Shown here: positions 38,993 through 53,676 of the stretch, one piece after another
Numbering within the stretch: the first letter of the stretch is position 1
How the letters are laid out: each line of letters starts with the position of its first letter
NCBI GenBank assembly: GCA_951406725.2
Contig: OX597829.1
Location: 3,162,001-3,226,000, forward strand
DNA length: 64,000 bases
Source: Octopus vulgaris
Taxonomy: Eukaryota
Direction: 5' to 3'
Notes under the pieces: generated by a model
What the model was told of the DNA's origin: nothing
Databases searched by the model: none
What the model saw: only the letters and a program-made list of their open reading frames with translations
Program-made: the position numbers and the translations under genes

Positions 38993-39084
38993 ACTACGAT
39001 CGTTTCATGGCTGTAACCAATTCGAATAACAATAATTTAAATTCAATTAATTATTCGAATTATGGTTACAGTCAATCTTCAGGT
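38993..39084 (-). ncRNA. Hammerhead motif with canonical core and very long stem II, inside an AT-rich Penelope-type segment (38500-39430)
   Basis: AC-CUGAAGA-[CUGUAACCA/UGGUUACAG and AUUCGAAUAA/UUAUUCGAAU]-GAA-ACGAUCGU-A-GU. Confidence 0.6.
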
Positions 39085-40348
39085 TAATTGTAATATTTTA
39101 ATAAAAAATCAGAAATATTTAAACAATATTTTTAAGAAATAAATAATATAATAATTATACTTATAAAAAAACTCTATTATCAAACTAGAAACTTAAAACT
39201 TAACGATTATGATTATATCAAAACATCTATTATAATGTTAAATATTAATTTTAATTTTTAAGTATTAATTTTTAAGGTAAGAAACCCACCAATAATCTAA
39301 TATCTGTAATAGTCAATATCTAATTACATAAATATTTTACAAAAAAAAAATTACTATTATATATAAATTATCAATGAAAATATATAAATGTATATAAATA
39401 TTATAATTAAGATCTAAAATAATCTCTATAAATATATATATATATATATATATTATATGTAGTAAAATACAAACTGGGAAAAGAACGTAAAACATTTAGA
39501 AGATGATACAAAAAACACGGACGGGACATTTGAAGCCTTCAATCTTCAGTCAAGAACCGGATCATCCTAGCAATTTCGGCTGATTAATCTTGAGATCGCT
39601 CCGATCTGGCCAGCCCCAAGGAAAAACTAATTTACGAGCATTAGATTTCTTAGAAGAAGGATCAAATGTATACGAAACAGGAACAGAATAACGGACAATG
39701 CCACACGAATATAAAATACAAAAAACACAAAAAACAATAATGGTAAAGACAGGACAAAAACTTTTTAAGTGCTTTTTAAGTGCCACCTGCACAGGAGCCA
39801 ATCCTGGCAATGACCATACTCGAATGGTGCTTTTCCTTTGCGTGCCACCAGCACGGGAGCCAATCAGCAGCCCTGGCAATGATCATGCTCAAATGATGCT
39901 CCTAACGTGCCACTGGCATGGGTGCAAATCACGCGGTACTTTCATCATCCACGACAGCAATTTCACTTGCCTCAACAGGTCTTCGCAAGCAGAGTTTATT
40001 GTCCAATGAAGGAAAGGTACGCCTAAGTGGGCTGGTTATACAGCATATGCATATATATATATAGTAGAAATATGTTACAAAAATATAAAATACATGTGGA
40101 AATGTAAGGGTAAAATATGAAAAAATCAATGAAAATGCACATTGTAAATAAAAAAAGGCTATTTATGACAGGTAACGACAAATATATACATTTAGATTGA
40201 CTGAGGTAGTAATACGAGTCATAAAAGTCATTATTATGAGATGATTATAAGATGATAATAAAGTAAGAGAACAGAACGAACCAGTGATTTACGCAAAGCT
40301 ATTCATCGTTTGAAAAACACCGGCTAAAATATATATATATATATATAT

Positions 40349-40381
<33 letters not shown>

Positions 40382-40474
40382 GGGAGAGTTTACGAAAGAA
40401 ACAACAAAAGATGAAGACAGGTGGTGTACAAAACAAACAGATGTATTAGTATAACGCTCAGGAATAGAAAAAGT

Positions 40475-40510
40475 CTTTTACGTTTCGAGCCTACACTCTT
40501 CTACAGAAAG
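40475..40510 (-). ncRNA. Minimal hammerhead, A6U variant (related copy 32159-32194)
   Basis: CUUU-CUGUAGA-A-GAGU(GUAG)GCUC-GAA-ACGU-A-AAAG, within a Penelope-type 3' segment at 40380-41090. Confidence 0.55.
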
Positions 40511-41088
40511 GGACACAGAAAAAACAAGGAGAGAAAAAAAATGTGTGCAGTGGCTAACGATCTATCATAGCGACTAGTGCTTGACAGAAGGGTCAAACAC
40601 GAGAAGGAAAGTAGGGGAGATAACAAAGTAAGGATGACCCTCCCCACCAACACGAAGGTGTGTGTTTGTATAAGAAAGTATGTATGCGCGTGTGAAAGAG
40701 GGCTGGTGGTCTGGACGTGTGCGTGTATGTATGTGTAGAAGTGAAAATGTGGGGATGGGTGTGTGGGTGGTGTGTTGTGATGTGATGTGTAATGTTGCAT
40801 GGTGTAGTGTGGTGTGGTATGATGTTGTGGGGAGGTAGGGGAGGCGAGAGTGGGGAAAGCACGGGTGGGGTATGGGTTCGGCTGAGTGTTGGGGTTTGTG
40901 GGTAGGCAGAGGGTGGGGGTAGAGGTGGGGTATGTGGGTGAGGGTGTGTGGGATAGGATAGGGGTGGGAAGGATAGGGAAGGTAGAGTAGGAATTGGTAG
41001 TGGTGGGTGGGCTTGTGTGGGAGGGGAAGGTGGGTATGTGAGGAGAGAGAAGAGAGAAAGAGAGTAAGAGAGAAGAGAGAAGAGAGAA

Positions 41089-41128
<40 letters not shown>

Positions 41129-41359
41129 TGTATATGTATGTATGAATGCATGTGACTGTGAATAAGAGCTTCACTTCTCAGTCACGTGTCCTCAGGTTCA
41201 GTCCACTAACACCACACCACTTTGGCTTATGTATCTATTACTATGGCTCCCAGCCAACCAATGTCTTTTGAGGGAATTCAGTTCTTGCTCGGCTCATTCA
41301 CTCCAGCATCAAACAACTCTTTCTTTCTAGCAACAAAACTTATGCCTATGCCATCTTAT

Positions 41360-41816
<457 letters not shown>

Positions 41817-42164
41817 TGCACCTATATGAGGCTTCAAGCACAAATTATTCTTTTGAAAATATTTTTCCCATCACATATTTCTACAATATTTTTATTATCT
41901 AAGCAACTTATCAACGTACATTTTTCCCCAGACCCATTCATGCAGACTCTTCTAACTTTTGACTGATGTTGAAAATTATTAAGATCTGAAATTTTCTCTG
42001 TGTTTCAATTCTGTCCTATTATAAAAGATCTGTATTCACAAAAGAAACAAAAAAAAAAAGACAAAAAGAGCATGTAATTATTGATGAGCCATTTTACCAA
42101 ACAATATCTGGGTAACATCTAATTTCAGTGGTATTTAAGAAATGATCATTATATTCATAAACAC

Positions 42165-42198
42165 CATCAACATCATCATCAGTAATAATATCATTGTC

Positions 42199-42251
<53 letters not shown>

Positions 42252-42599
42252 ACGTCATTGTAGTTGTTATCATCATCATTATCCCTTCCACTACCACCAT
42301 TATCATTGTGAGTAGCAGCATCCTTGCCAGTGTCATTGTCATCATTGCCATCATCATCACCACTATCATCATCATCGTCATCATCATCGTCGTTGTCGTC
42401 GTCATCATCATAATCATCATCACCATCATCATCATCATTGTCATCATCATCATCATCATCATCATCAGCGTCAGCGTCATCATCGTCGTCGTCATCATCA
42501 TCATCATCATCGTCATCATCAGCGTCAACGTCATCATCGTCGTCGTCATCATCATCATCACCATCATCATCATCATTGTCATCATCATCATCATCATTG

Positions 42600-42645
<46 letters not shown>

Positions 42646-42848
42646 TGTCATCATCATCATCATCATTGTCATCATCATCATCATCATTGTCATCATCATC
42701 ATCATCATCATCATCAGCGTCAGCGTCATCATCGTCGTCGTCATCATCATCATCATCATCGTCATCATCAGCGTCAACGTCATCATCGTCGTCGTCATCA
42801 TCATCATCACCATCATCATCATCATTGTCATCATCATCATCATCATTG

Positions 42849-42881
<33 letters not shown>

Positions 42882-43030
42882 ACATCATCATCATCATCAC
42901 CATCGTCACCATCATCATCATCATCATCATCATTACCACCACCACCACTACCACTACCACCACACCATCATTACTACCACCACCACCAACACCACCACCA
43001 ACACCACAATCATTATTGTCATCATCACCA
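42165..43030. repeat. Large degenerate (CAT)n array with internal ~249-bp duplication
   Basis: The variant block CAGCGTCAGCGTC recurs at 42466 and 42715. Confidence 0.9.
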
Positions 43031-43095
43031 ATGTTTTACCTTAGTTTTTCTACAATAATATATAATTTGAAGATTTTATTTTTTATTTTTTTATG

Positions 43096-43505
43096 AAGCA
43101 GTATGTTGACCAGAAAGCTGACCAGAAGAGAATTAATGCATTCGAGCTTTGGTGTTGGAGAAGGCTTTAGTGGATTCCATGGACAGTGAGGCTCACCAAT
43201 GGAGAAGTTCTTAAGCAGATCAAGCCGAAACTGTCGCTAGAAGCTAGGATCACCAAGCATTGATTGACATATTTTGGTCATATTATGCAGAGAAAATCCC
43301 TGGAGAAGGACATTATGCTCAGAATGGTCAGTGGTAAGAGAGGAAGAGGCCGACCAAGAACCCGCGGGCTTGACACCATCAAGAGTGATACCGGAATGGA
43401 CATAGCCAATCTGAAAGAAGCGACCCAGGATAGAACTGGCTGGAGGACACTGATCCATCGAGTAACCGAGAGTCGACTTCGACTGAGCGGATAGATAGAT
43501 AGATG
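43096..43505 (+). mobile_element. RTE (BovB-like) LINE 3' end with (GATA)n tail
   Basis: INAFELWCWRRL, YFGHIMQRKSLEKDIML..GKRGRGRPRTR..ESRLRLSG*. Confidence 0.85.
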
Positions 43506-43647
43506 TTGTTGCCTTCTGGGTTTCCTATATTCACAAACTCTTTTTGTCACTTCTTATAATATGTAGGGATGTGATGTACTTATTTTCCATACCAGAACTC
43601 ACACCAGGGTATTTAGGAAAATAATATACATATACACATAATATAGG

Positions 43648-43714
<67 letters not shown>

Positions 43715-44249
43715 AAAAGGGTACTGAAAAGTTCCTATTTTTAAGTAAAAGAGAATACAGGGGCGATGAGTTAATTACGATTTTATTTAACATATTCCTC
43801 TCCATTATTTACACACTTATTGTTACAGCAGTCCTTCAGTTTTCCTAAGCCTTGTGAAAGACCTCAGAAGGTTAGGCCTCCAACCAGGCCTTTCATGATA
43901 CCCCTAGAGCCAGGAATTTTTCAGCACCCCATCATATGTAATATATATGGGATACTCCTTTTCTTTTTGGTCTTAATGTTTAAAGAGAATGGCAGTGTGA
44001 ACCACCGTACTTACCAGTGGTGCTTTCTTCTGGGGGTAGGGGCTAGGGTCTGGCATGTAACTAATATTATCCTTGAAGCCATTGGCAGCCAGAGCCTGGT
44101 TGTAGTACAGGGTAGCAGCATCAAAGATCCCTTTACTTGAAGACAAGCTGGACATTCTCCTGCTGATGCCCTTAAGTAGGTAAGATCTTCCTTAGTTTAG
44201 TTGATAGACAATTACCCCAGGCCTATAGATTCAACAAAATATTTGATAG

Positions 44250-45345
44250 ACATTGTTGTTTAGCTATGCACCTTGTGTAAAAAAAGATTTTAGTAGGTAA
44301 ACCCAAACCCAAGGCTGAGGCAGGATGCTCCTGCAGGGGTAACACAACTTGTCCACTAAGTGGCCACTGCAATGCAGAAACAGTTGTTTATGAAGCAGAA
44401 GTAACAGCAACAGGACCCAATGGACAACCAAGCATGCAGAAGTATGTGGGAGAAATGGAAAGCCCCTTCAGAATCCACTTTAATTACCACAAGTCCTCAT
44501 TCAACGTCCCAGAGAGACATAATGTCACAACCATAGCCAAGCAGATCTGGAGTTCGAAAGAAAGTGCCACAGAGTACAGCATAAAGTGGAAGATCCTAGA
44601 AAGATGCAAATCGTATTTCAATAGCAGCAGGAAGTGCAGGTTATGCCTCGCTGAGAAGAGAGCAATTTTAAAAGGTACCCAACACCTGAATAGCAGGGGC
44701 AAGGTGTTTCATCCTTGCCTGCAGGAAAGGAAGTACATTTTATAATGCCTGTATACCTCACCATGACTGCACCCACTGGTCTCCTGCCTCAACCTTCCAC
44801 AAATGACCTTCCACCAATGCCCTTGAGCCCAGCAAAAAGCATTTAACCAAAACACACACCAAGGTACCCATGTACACACATGCACACACCCACAAAATAA
44901 ACTGTCTCTCCAACACCTACCCCTTCACACAAATTGTACCCCCACTTATACATAGACCCCACACACACACATTACACACCTAACGCTAACATAAACCACC
45001 CCACCATGACTTTGTCCTTTACAGAAAGAAAACAGACCAGCAAACACAGCTATATACACCTACACCCCTGAAAACATTTATACATATGATACTGCTACAC
45101 ATACCACACACCCTATCCCCTCAGGTGCACCACAATAATACACACTTTCCCCACTTCAAGATAACTCTTGCCGGCTTCACAGCATATTCAACCAAAACTC
45201 CTAAACTAATCCCCTGGGCCCTTTCATTCTACCACCTTTTTCACAGCAGCCACTGACTGGTTATGCTAATCCACCTCTGACAATAGAGAGTAATTGCCAT
45301 ATTCCTTTCCATATCAGCTAACTCTGATGAGCATAAAGTTATATA
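44250..45345 (+). mobile_element. Penelope-like element 3' part: GIY-YIG endonuclease, C/A-rich 3'UTR, truncated hammerhead
   Basis: VVYEAEV..KYVGEM..HKSSF..IKWKILERC..CRLCLAEK..LNSR. CTGATGAGC at 45324 without the GAAA half. Confidence 0.8.
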
Positions 45346-45456
45346 ATCGGTTTGTTACTTAACAATCCATCGCATTCTTTACACAAAACTGATTGGTAAG
45401 ATCATTTGTGATAGATATTTAATGCTATACATGTCAGATAATATATGTGTGTATAT

Positions 45457-45501
<45 letters not shown>

Positions 45502-46501
45502 TGTGTGTGTGTGTGTCTCATGGAGGCAAGGTGGCTGAGTTCCTTTTGAGTTTTGGGCCTCACAGAGGCAATGATTAAGACCTTTGGCATTATGCTTGAG
45601 AAGAAGACCTATCAGGCTGAGCGAAATAGCAGCCATGGCAGATAACAGTGTCATGCAAGTGGCATGTAAAGGCACCCATTACACTCTTGGAGTGGTTGCG
45701 TTAGGAAGGGCATCCAGCCATAGAAAACCATGCCAAATCAGACTGGAGTCTAGTGCAACCTACCAGCGTGCCAGCCAAGTTAAACCATCCAACCCAAGCC
45801 AGCAAGGACAACGGACATTAAATGATGATGGTAATGATGATGATGATATACACATACTTGTACATATACACACACACGCATACATATCTATATATTCTCC
45901 CCTTTCTCCACCTACCCCCCATTTGCCCCTATCTCTTGCTCCTTCTACTCGCACACTTTTGCAAACACCTATCCATGCACACTCAGGTTTCATAGGCTTG
46001 CAAACTGCATGGCAACATCACTAGCACTGGTTTACATATAAAAAGCACCCAGTATATACTCTGTAAAGTGTTTCATGGCTGGAAGGACATCCAGCTATAG
46101 AAACCATGCCAAAGCAGATACTAGAGCATGATATAGTCCTTGGGGTCTGTCACCACCCAACCCATGCTAACAAGGAACATCAATGTCAAATAACAATGAT
46201 GATACATGTATGTAAGTACATACATATGTAGTAAGCTGAAGATCCAAGTTAGGCTTGATATATACAAAATTCAGGCTACAAGAGAGAAAATATATGTGTG
46301 TCTAAGTGTGTATGTGTGTATATATATATAAATGTATATGTTTATATGTATATATATATATATATGTATATATCATCATCATCATCATCATCGTTTAATG
46401 GAAAACGGACGTTAAACGATGATGATGATGATGATATATATATACATATATATATACATATATACATATATATATATATATAACATATATATACATATAA
46501 A

Positions 46502-47420
46502 ATACTACCTTACATATCTACATACAACCCCAGAAACAAAGAAGCCTTCACCATCATCGCCCAGAATTTACCAATACTTCATAAGGACCCCAAATTAAAG
46601 GAAATTCTAAACATACACCAAATCATTAAAAGCTACAAACAACCTAAATCACTTAAAAAGATTCTCACAAAGGCAAAATTGTTTTCTGAAATTACGGATG
46701 CAAAAGTAAAAAAATGTGGTAGACCGAACTGTGCAACATGTCCAAACCTGCTAGAAGGATCAGAATTCCTCTTCAAAGAGGGACAGAAATTCAAGATCAA
46801 ATCTAATTTTACTTGTGCCTCTGAAAACATAATTTATGTCATAAAATGCTCGGGCTGCCACCAAGACTACGTGGGATCCACGGGACTATCACTCAGACGT
46901 AGATGCACACTGCATCGACAACAGATTGCATTCCCAGAATACAGAATGATACCTTTTAGTGAGCACATTGAGAAATGCGCAAAGCAACTACTACCACAAT
47001 TTTTAATCTTTCCATTTTACCAATGTGCTATCGGATCATCAACACAAACTAGACTAAACAAGGAAACATTCTTCATTGAAAAGTACAAGCCCAGACTTAA
47101 CCGTTCCAACATACTTATACAGAGAAATTCACCCCAAAGGAAAGGAAAAAAAAATTTTAAGCGATTATCTCCCTTACACCGGAAGAAATCCCTTATTACC
47201 TCCCCTTATTTAGAACTCTTTTCAACATATACATAGCGATAACTCTTCTTAACATAAACATAACGACGTAAGAAATTTGAAAAGCTAAACGCGAAACCGG
47301 TCTTACTTCTAAATTATGTCATTGTAAGAAAAAAATTTATAATATTCTTCAGACATATTGACTCAAATATATATTTTTTAACCTTTTAAAACAAGCCTTC
47401 TGTAGTCTTTTCACTTTTTA
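46502..47420 (+). mobile_element. Penelope-like element 3' part: linker, Cys-rich motif and GIY-YIG endonuclease, followed by a hammerhead
   Basis: Stop-free frame 46502-47236: ILPYISTYNP..KQPKSLKKIL..CGRPNCATC..CASENIIYVIKCSGCHQDYVGST..LRRR..H..E..FI..LN. Confidence 0.9.
47277..47302 (+). ncRNA. Minimal hammerhead, U3:A8 variant
   Basis: UUGAAAA-GC(UAAAC)GC-GAA-ACCGGU-C, ~40 nt after the GIY-YIG stop; stem I is weak. Confidence 0.55.
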
Positions 47421-47421
47421 C

Positions 47422-47452
<31 letters not shown>

Positions 47453-47505
47453 CATACATATATGTATATACATATATATATATAAATATATATATAAATA
47501 TATAA

Positions 47506-47851
<346 letters not shown>

Positions 47852-49817
47852 GTCATAGATGTGTGTCCAGATGAAGTTATTACAATAAGTCAGTCCTCCC
47901 TTTTCAAGAGGAGATTGACAAATGCAAGTCAGCTAGTAGTATTTATAAATATAAAGATTTAAAGGGAGGAGAGAAATCACACAGAAATGGGAGATGGAGA
48001 GGTAGTTATGAGTTAAGACAAGATGAAGAACAGTGACCATAAAAACGAGATATAAAGAACAGAAATAAAGAAGATAAAGTCAGTAGCTTGCCAAGTGAAA
48101 GTGTAGTCAATTCCTTCACAGGTTGTCAAAGTAGACGTCTCTGGTATCAGAGGCAGTAGACAATGTGGTATGGAAGAACTGAGCATTGCAGTAGTTGCAG
48201 GAGAGAAGAAAGTTACAGCGAGGAAAAAGAATTTTAGCTACATTGAAGAGAAACTATAATGATTTTACATAAGTAGCAAAGGTGTAATAGAATTTATGCC
48301 TGCAGGAGAAGATTACATCAGAGTATCTATTAAGCAAAGAGGTATCATTTTTGCATAATATTGCGAGCGATTCCAAATAACATAATTTACAAACATGAAG
48401 ATTAGTATTGTGTAGGGTTCCACCACAAACTATAAACCAGGATAAGGTATAAGATATGCCCTGGGACTCTCAATATCATAGACCCTATTCTGAAGGAAGA
48501 AGTCAGAATTTAAGTTCACATTCATTTGAGCACTACCTTGTATTATCTATACTGAGCTTATTTGCTCTCACCAACTCACTGTATGTATGTATGTATATAT
48601 GTATGTATGTATGTATATATGTATGTGTGTTTGCATGTATACACAGTCAAAGACATACACGTGTACACAATTATGTATATAAAAAGGGATTATTATATAC
48701 AACCAATTTTTTGGTAATTTCTATGAATTCCACAGCAGAGATTACATAATTTAAGAGTATGTACTACTACTGTAATCATTTCATAATGATTCACTAATTA
48801 CGGAATACCTCTCACCAGCCTTCCCCCATCACCTTCCCCAGTTTTTTCCTCTAACTTGTTTTAACCATCATAGTTAACGTCATGCGGGAGTACACCATTA
48901 TATTTGTGGTAAAGTTAGTGAATCAATATCAACTTTCCATCGATGTTTCTTTAAGTAAATGGCATTGAATTTATGTCTGACAGTTGTTTTCTGGACTTTT
49001 TCGTTTCTTTCTTCTATTTTCTTTTTTTTTTTCTTTTGCTTCACTCGTTAATTAACTTTTAACTTATAGTCAGGTATATAAATAACATTAACGTATAACC
49101 TAAGTATAGATTCCTGTTATCTTATTTTTAGTTCAATTTTTAAGTATTTAAAAACGATGTGCACTTAGCATTCTTTTCTAACCTTTACTTTTGTCACTGC
49201 TGTTTTCAACCACCACCACTATCAAAACCACCACCATCATCATCATCAGCAACAACAGCAGTAGCACCAAGATCATCATCATCATCATCATCACCACCAT
49301 CATCAGCAGCAGCAGTATCTACATTTTCACTGTCACCATCATCTTCACCATCATCATTATTATCACCACCACAACACCATCATTACTGCAACCATTGTCA
49401 CCACCACCACCACCGCAACCACCACCACCACCGTTACCACTAACCAACCTGCCTCTTTGAAGCTGCTCGAAACCTTGTACATTTATTTATTTCCTGTTCA
49501 GTCTTCCTTGAGAGAACGACCATGAGTGCATGGAAAAGGGGGGGGAGAGGTATGATGTGGGTGCATTCCCCACCCCTACCCTCATCCTTTTTCTTTCTTT
49601 AATCCTTTTTATTACTATTACTTTTTTAACAGGTACCAATCATTGAAGCCATGCTGGAGCACCACCTTCAGTATTTATTCTAGTCTGTCACACCACCCCG
49701 GTGTATATTTCAATCCTGTACTTATTTTATCGATTTTATTTCACAAATAGCTAAGTCAGCTTTGTAATGCAACACTAATTTTGTTTTTTTTTACACCAAT
49801 GAATATACAAGCATACA

Positions 49818-49894
<77 letters not shown>

Positions 49895-50100
49895 ACACAT
49901 ATTCTTTACTCTTTTAATCTTGCTTCAGTCATTTGTCAGCATCCATAATTGTAAGGGTCAATCGAACAATTTTCTCCTTGTACTTAAGCCTCGTACTTAC
50001 TGTAAGTAATGCAAACAAACCAACACCAGTTGTCAAGCTGTGGGAGAACCACCAGAAAGACATGCGCACATACATATATATGTAAGATGCAGCACGGAAT

Positions 50101-50151
50101 TTTCCCAGTGATCAGGTTGCGATCTCAAAGTGACGAAAATATTTTGGCAAA
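50101..50151 (+). ncRNA. Minimal type I hammerhead, G3:C8 variant (second locus)
   Basis: UUUCCCA-GUGAUCA-G-GUUGC(GAUCUCAAA)GUGAC-GAA-AAUAUU-U-UGGCAAA. Confidence 0.65.
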
Positions 50152-50235
50152 TTAAATTTAAATGTTAAAGTGAATCTAAGAGTTTTTGTGTGTTTCTTAA
50201 ATGGCTTATAAACACCTTCCACACATGCACACTAG

Positions 50236-50274
<39 letters not shown>

Positions 50275-50313
50275 TATATATATGCACATATATATATATA
50301 CATATATATATAC

Positions 50314-50447
<134 letters not shown>

Positions 50448-50584
50448 CAAAATGGGACAAGAACGCAAAACATCCAGATAGATGATACAAAAAAACAAGG
50501 ATGGGTCATTCAAAGTTTTCTTTCCTCAGTTGAGTACTAGATTATCTTCGCAATTTCACCTGATTATACTAGAGATTGATCCAT

Positions 50585-50621
<37 letters not shown>

Positions 50622-50650
50622 CATGCATACATATATTATATGCATATATA

Positions 50651-51660
50651 TATATGCTGACGACATTGCTCTAATTGCTGGGTCACTATCAGAACTAGAG
50701 GAGAAGTTTCAGGTGTGGAAACAAGGATTAGAATTGAAGGGCCTTAGAGTCAAACTAGCTAAAACTGAAGTCCTAATATGTAGGAATGCAAGCAAATCAC
50801 AAATCCTTTCAGGCAGATGGCCCTGCTCAATCTGTAGTAGAGGCATAGGTAGAAACTGTATAAGATGTACCCATTGTAAGCTATGGACACATAAGAGGTG
50901 CAGTAATATCAAAGGAAGGCTAACTGGGAGGATAGTTTTTGTATGTGGCAGATGCTCAGGAGCAATAAACACTGAAAATGTGCAGAGAACAACTTCCACC
51001 TCATTCCAGGGAGAAAAACTAGAAGTAGTTGATAGCTTCCATTACTTAGGCACCCAAGTCAGTAGCGGGGGAGGGTGCACTGAAAGTGTAGCTGCTAGAA
51101 TAAGAATAGCCTAGGCAAAGTTCAGAGAGCTCTTACCTCTGCTAGTGACAAAGGGCCTCTTGCTCAGAGTAAAAGGTAGACTGTATGGCTAATGTGTACG
51201 AACAGCCATGCCTCATGGCTGTGAAACATGGGCTGTGACTGCAGAGGACATGTGTAAGAATGGATGGGGATAGCTGCGTGAAAAAGTGCCACACCCTAGC
51301 GGTTGAGGGAACCTGTGGAAGAGGTAGACCCAGGAAGACCTGGGATGAAGTGGTGAAGCACGACCTTCGAACATTAGGCAATGACTAGTAACTGAGACCT
51401 TTGGAAATATGCAGTGCTTGAGAAGACCCGACAAGCTAAGTGAGCCCATAACCTCGTGGCCTATGCCAGGGGTGTAACCAGCCCACATATGTGTAACTTT
51501 CCTTCTGCTTGTGAAGACCTGTTGAGGCAAGTGAAATCGAAATCATATTCGATGACTGGCATCTGTGCTGGTGGAGTGCTAAAATCACCATCCGAGCGTG
51601 ATCATTGCCAGGGCAGCTAATTGGCTTCAGCACCATTTGAGCGTGATCATTGCCAGCAGG
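50651..51660 (+). mobile_element. RTE-clade LINE fragment (RT C-terminal half with PHD-like finger) plus 3'UTR; second copy 61812-62175
   Basis: YADDIALIA..GLRVKLAKTEV..C4HC3 finger..FHYLG..ARIRIA, then GCETWAV and GRGRPRKTW. Confidence 0.9.
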
Positions 51661-53676
51661 CATTGATAGCCTTAACCAATCATTAATTAAAAATAGAACA
51701 AGGTGAACTGGTTCTTTTCAAGACGAAGGTCAGTGCTCTCATTGATCCCTTGTAGTAGCAAACACATTTGACCTCTGCTCACTCCAAGAGTGTGAGTTAT
51801 TACTTTCCCTCTTCCACATATTCTGCAGTTGCCTGATGTGTACTGCTTTGTTACAAAGATTTAGTGGCTTCTGATTACAAGGTTTTCATCTTGTGCCATA
51901 GTCAAGATTTCTTCTGTCGTAACTTCAAGTTCTATGCTTCTCAACTAATGCCAGGATTTTTCCTTGTCTATTTCCACCTTGTACAATTTTTTTTATACGT
52001 ATTGACTATGTAGGAACATTTCTAGTCATCACTTTAAAATGACACCCTGTAACCCCATTTTTAGCCCAGTTTTCGGCTTTTTTCATAATTTTTTTATTCT
52101 TCATAACTCTCTATCCTATCAGTCTCTTCTTTGAATTTGTTGGCTTCCTTAAAGACAAAAAGCATTTTTTGGCTTGTTAAGCCTTGTCACCAACATCAAC
52201 ATCATCGTTTTAATCAACTTCTTTGTACTTATATGGGTCAGACAAAATTCAATGAGGCAGATTTTCTAGGACCAGATGTTGCCAACCAAAGTGCCATTTA
52301 TCCAAGTCCTTCAAACATGGCAGCACACTGGCTCTTTTGTCTTCTATCTTCTACTTGTTTCATCTTAGAATGCAGTCATGCTGGAGCACGACCTTGAAGG
52401 ATTTTAATTAAAGGAATCAGCTCCAATACCTTTTTCCTTTAAAGCCTAGCATTTATTCTATCAGTCTATTTTGTTGTACCACTAAGTTATGAGTACATAA
52501 ACACACAAATATCAGTTGTCAAGCAGTAATGGGGGGGGGCAAACACAGACACAAAACAGAGGTACACGCACACAAATGATGGGCTTCTCGCAGTTTCCAT
52601 TTTTCAAATCCACTCACAAGGCTTTGGTCGACCCAAGGTTATAGTAGAAGACACTCGCCCAAGGTGCTACACAGAGGGACTGAACCTAGAACCATGTGGT
52701 TGGGAAACAAACTTCTTATCATACAGCCATGCCTGTGTGGATGTGTTTTTTGAAGAAGATTTTAAATGAATCACATGGTTTATATATTGGCAGTGATATT
52801 TGCTTACAATTGGTACATGGTCAAGACATAGCAACCCTCATACATCTATGTTCACTCACACACACTTACACAGATATACACACACATACTGACATACACA
52901 CACACACACACACACACACATATAGGATATGCTTCCTTTCTGTGGTTGGTTCCTACTTACCAAATCCACTCACAAAGCTCTGGTCAGTTCGGGGCTGAGC
53001 AGAAAACACTCACTCAAAGTGGAACCAGACCCAGAACTAAATGATCCCGAAGTGGACCCCTAAACTACACAACTATGTCTACTCTGAAAAAAGAGTTCAT
53101 GCTGCAGTTGGGGCTTACACAAATTTGTATTTAATTTTTCCATTATTCTTTACTGGTATGCCAACCCACTACACTCACGGAGTGGTTGGCGTTAGGAAGG
53201 GCATCCACCTGTAGAAACACTACCAGATCAGACTGGAGCCTGGGGCAGCCTCCTGGCTTCTCAGACTCCGGTCGAACTGTCCAACTCATGCTAGCACGGA
53301 AAACGGATGTTAAACGATGATGATGATGATGGTGGTGGTGGTGGTGGTGGTAGTTTTGGTGGTCATGGTCGTGGTGGTCGTGGTCGTGGTGGTCGTCATG
53401 GTGGTGGTGGTGGTGGTGGTGGTGGTGGTGGTGGTGATTCTTTTGTATTGATGGTGTTATATGTTTACAATTGGCACATGATCAAGACATGCTAACTCTC
53501 ATACACACATGCACATTCACACACACTCACACACACACATTTACGCACACACACACACACACATATATATTTTCCCATTATTCTTTACTGATACTTTTGT
53601 AGTCATACAGGCCTACTTTCTATAACTATTTTCTAGTTTCATAAGACTCCTATCTCCCTGTATTTGTGGTAAATGT

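Noticed and set aside
39520-39630. Additional hammerheads in AAAATGGGACAAG-type elements (also 34560 and 50500)
   Set aside because: CUGANGA and a stem II are present, but GAAA reads GAAU/AAAU and stem I does not pair; kept only as remnants.
40820-41035. G-quadruplex-rich tract / proline-rich ORF
   Set aside because: It is the low-complexity 3'UTR of a Penelope-type element, with composition mirroring 44760-45250; no independent evidence of function.
42094-43096. Long poly-M/I/S ORFs, and the many YI/CV/HT/poly-D/poly-H ORFs elsewhere
   Set aside because: They are translations of microsatellites.
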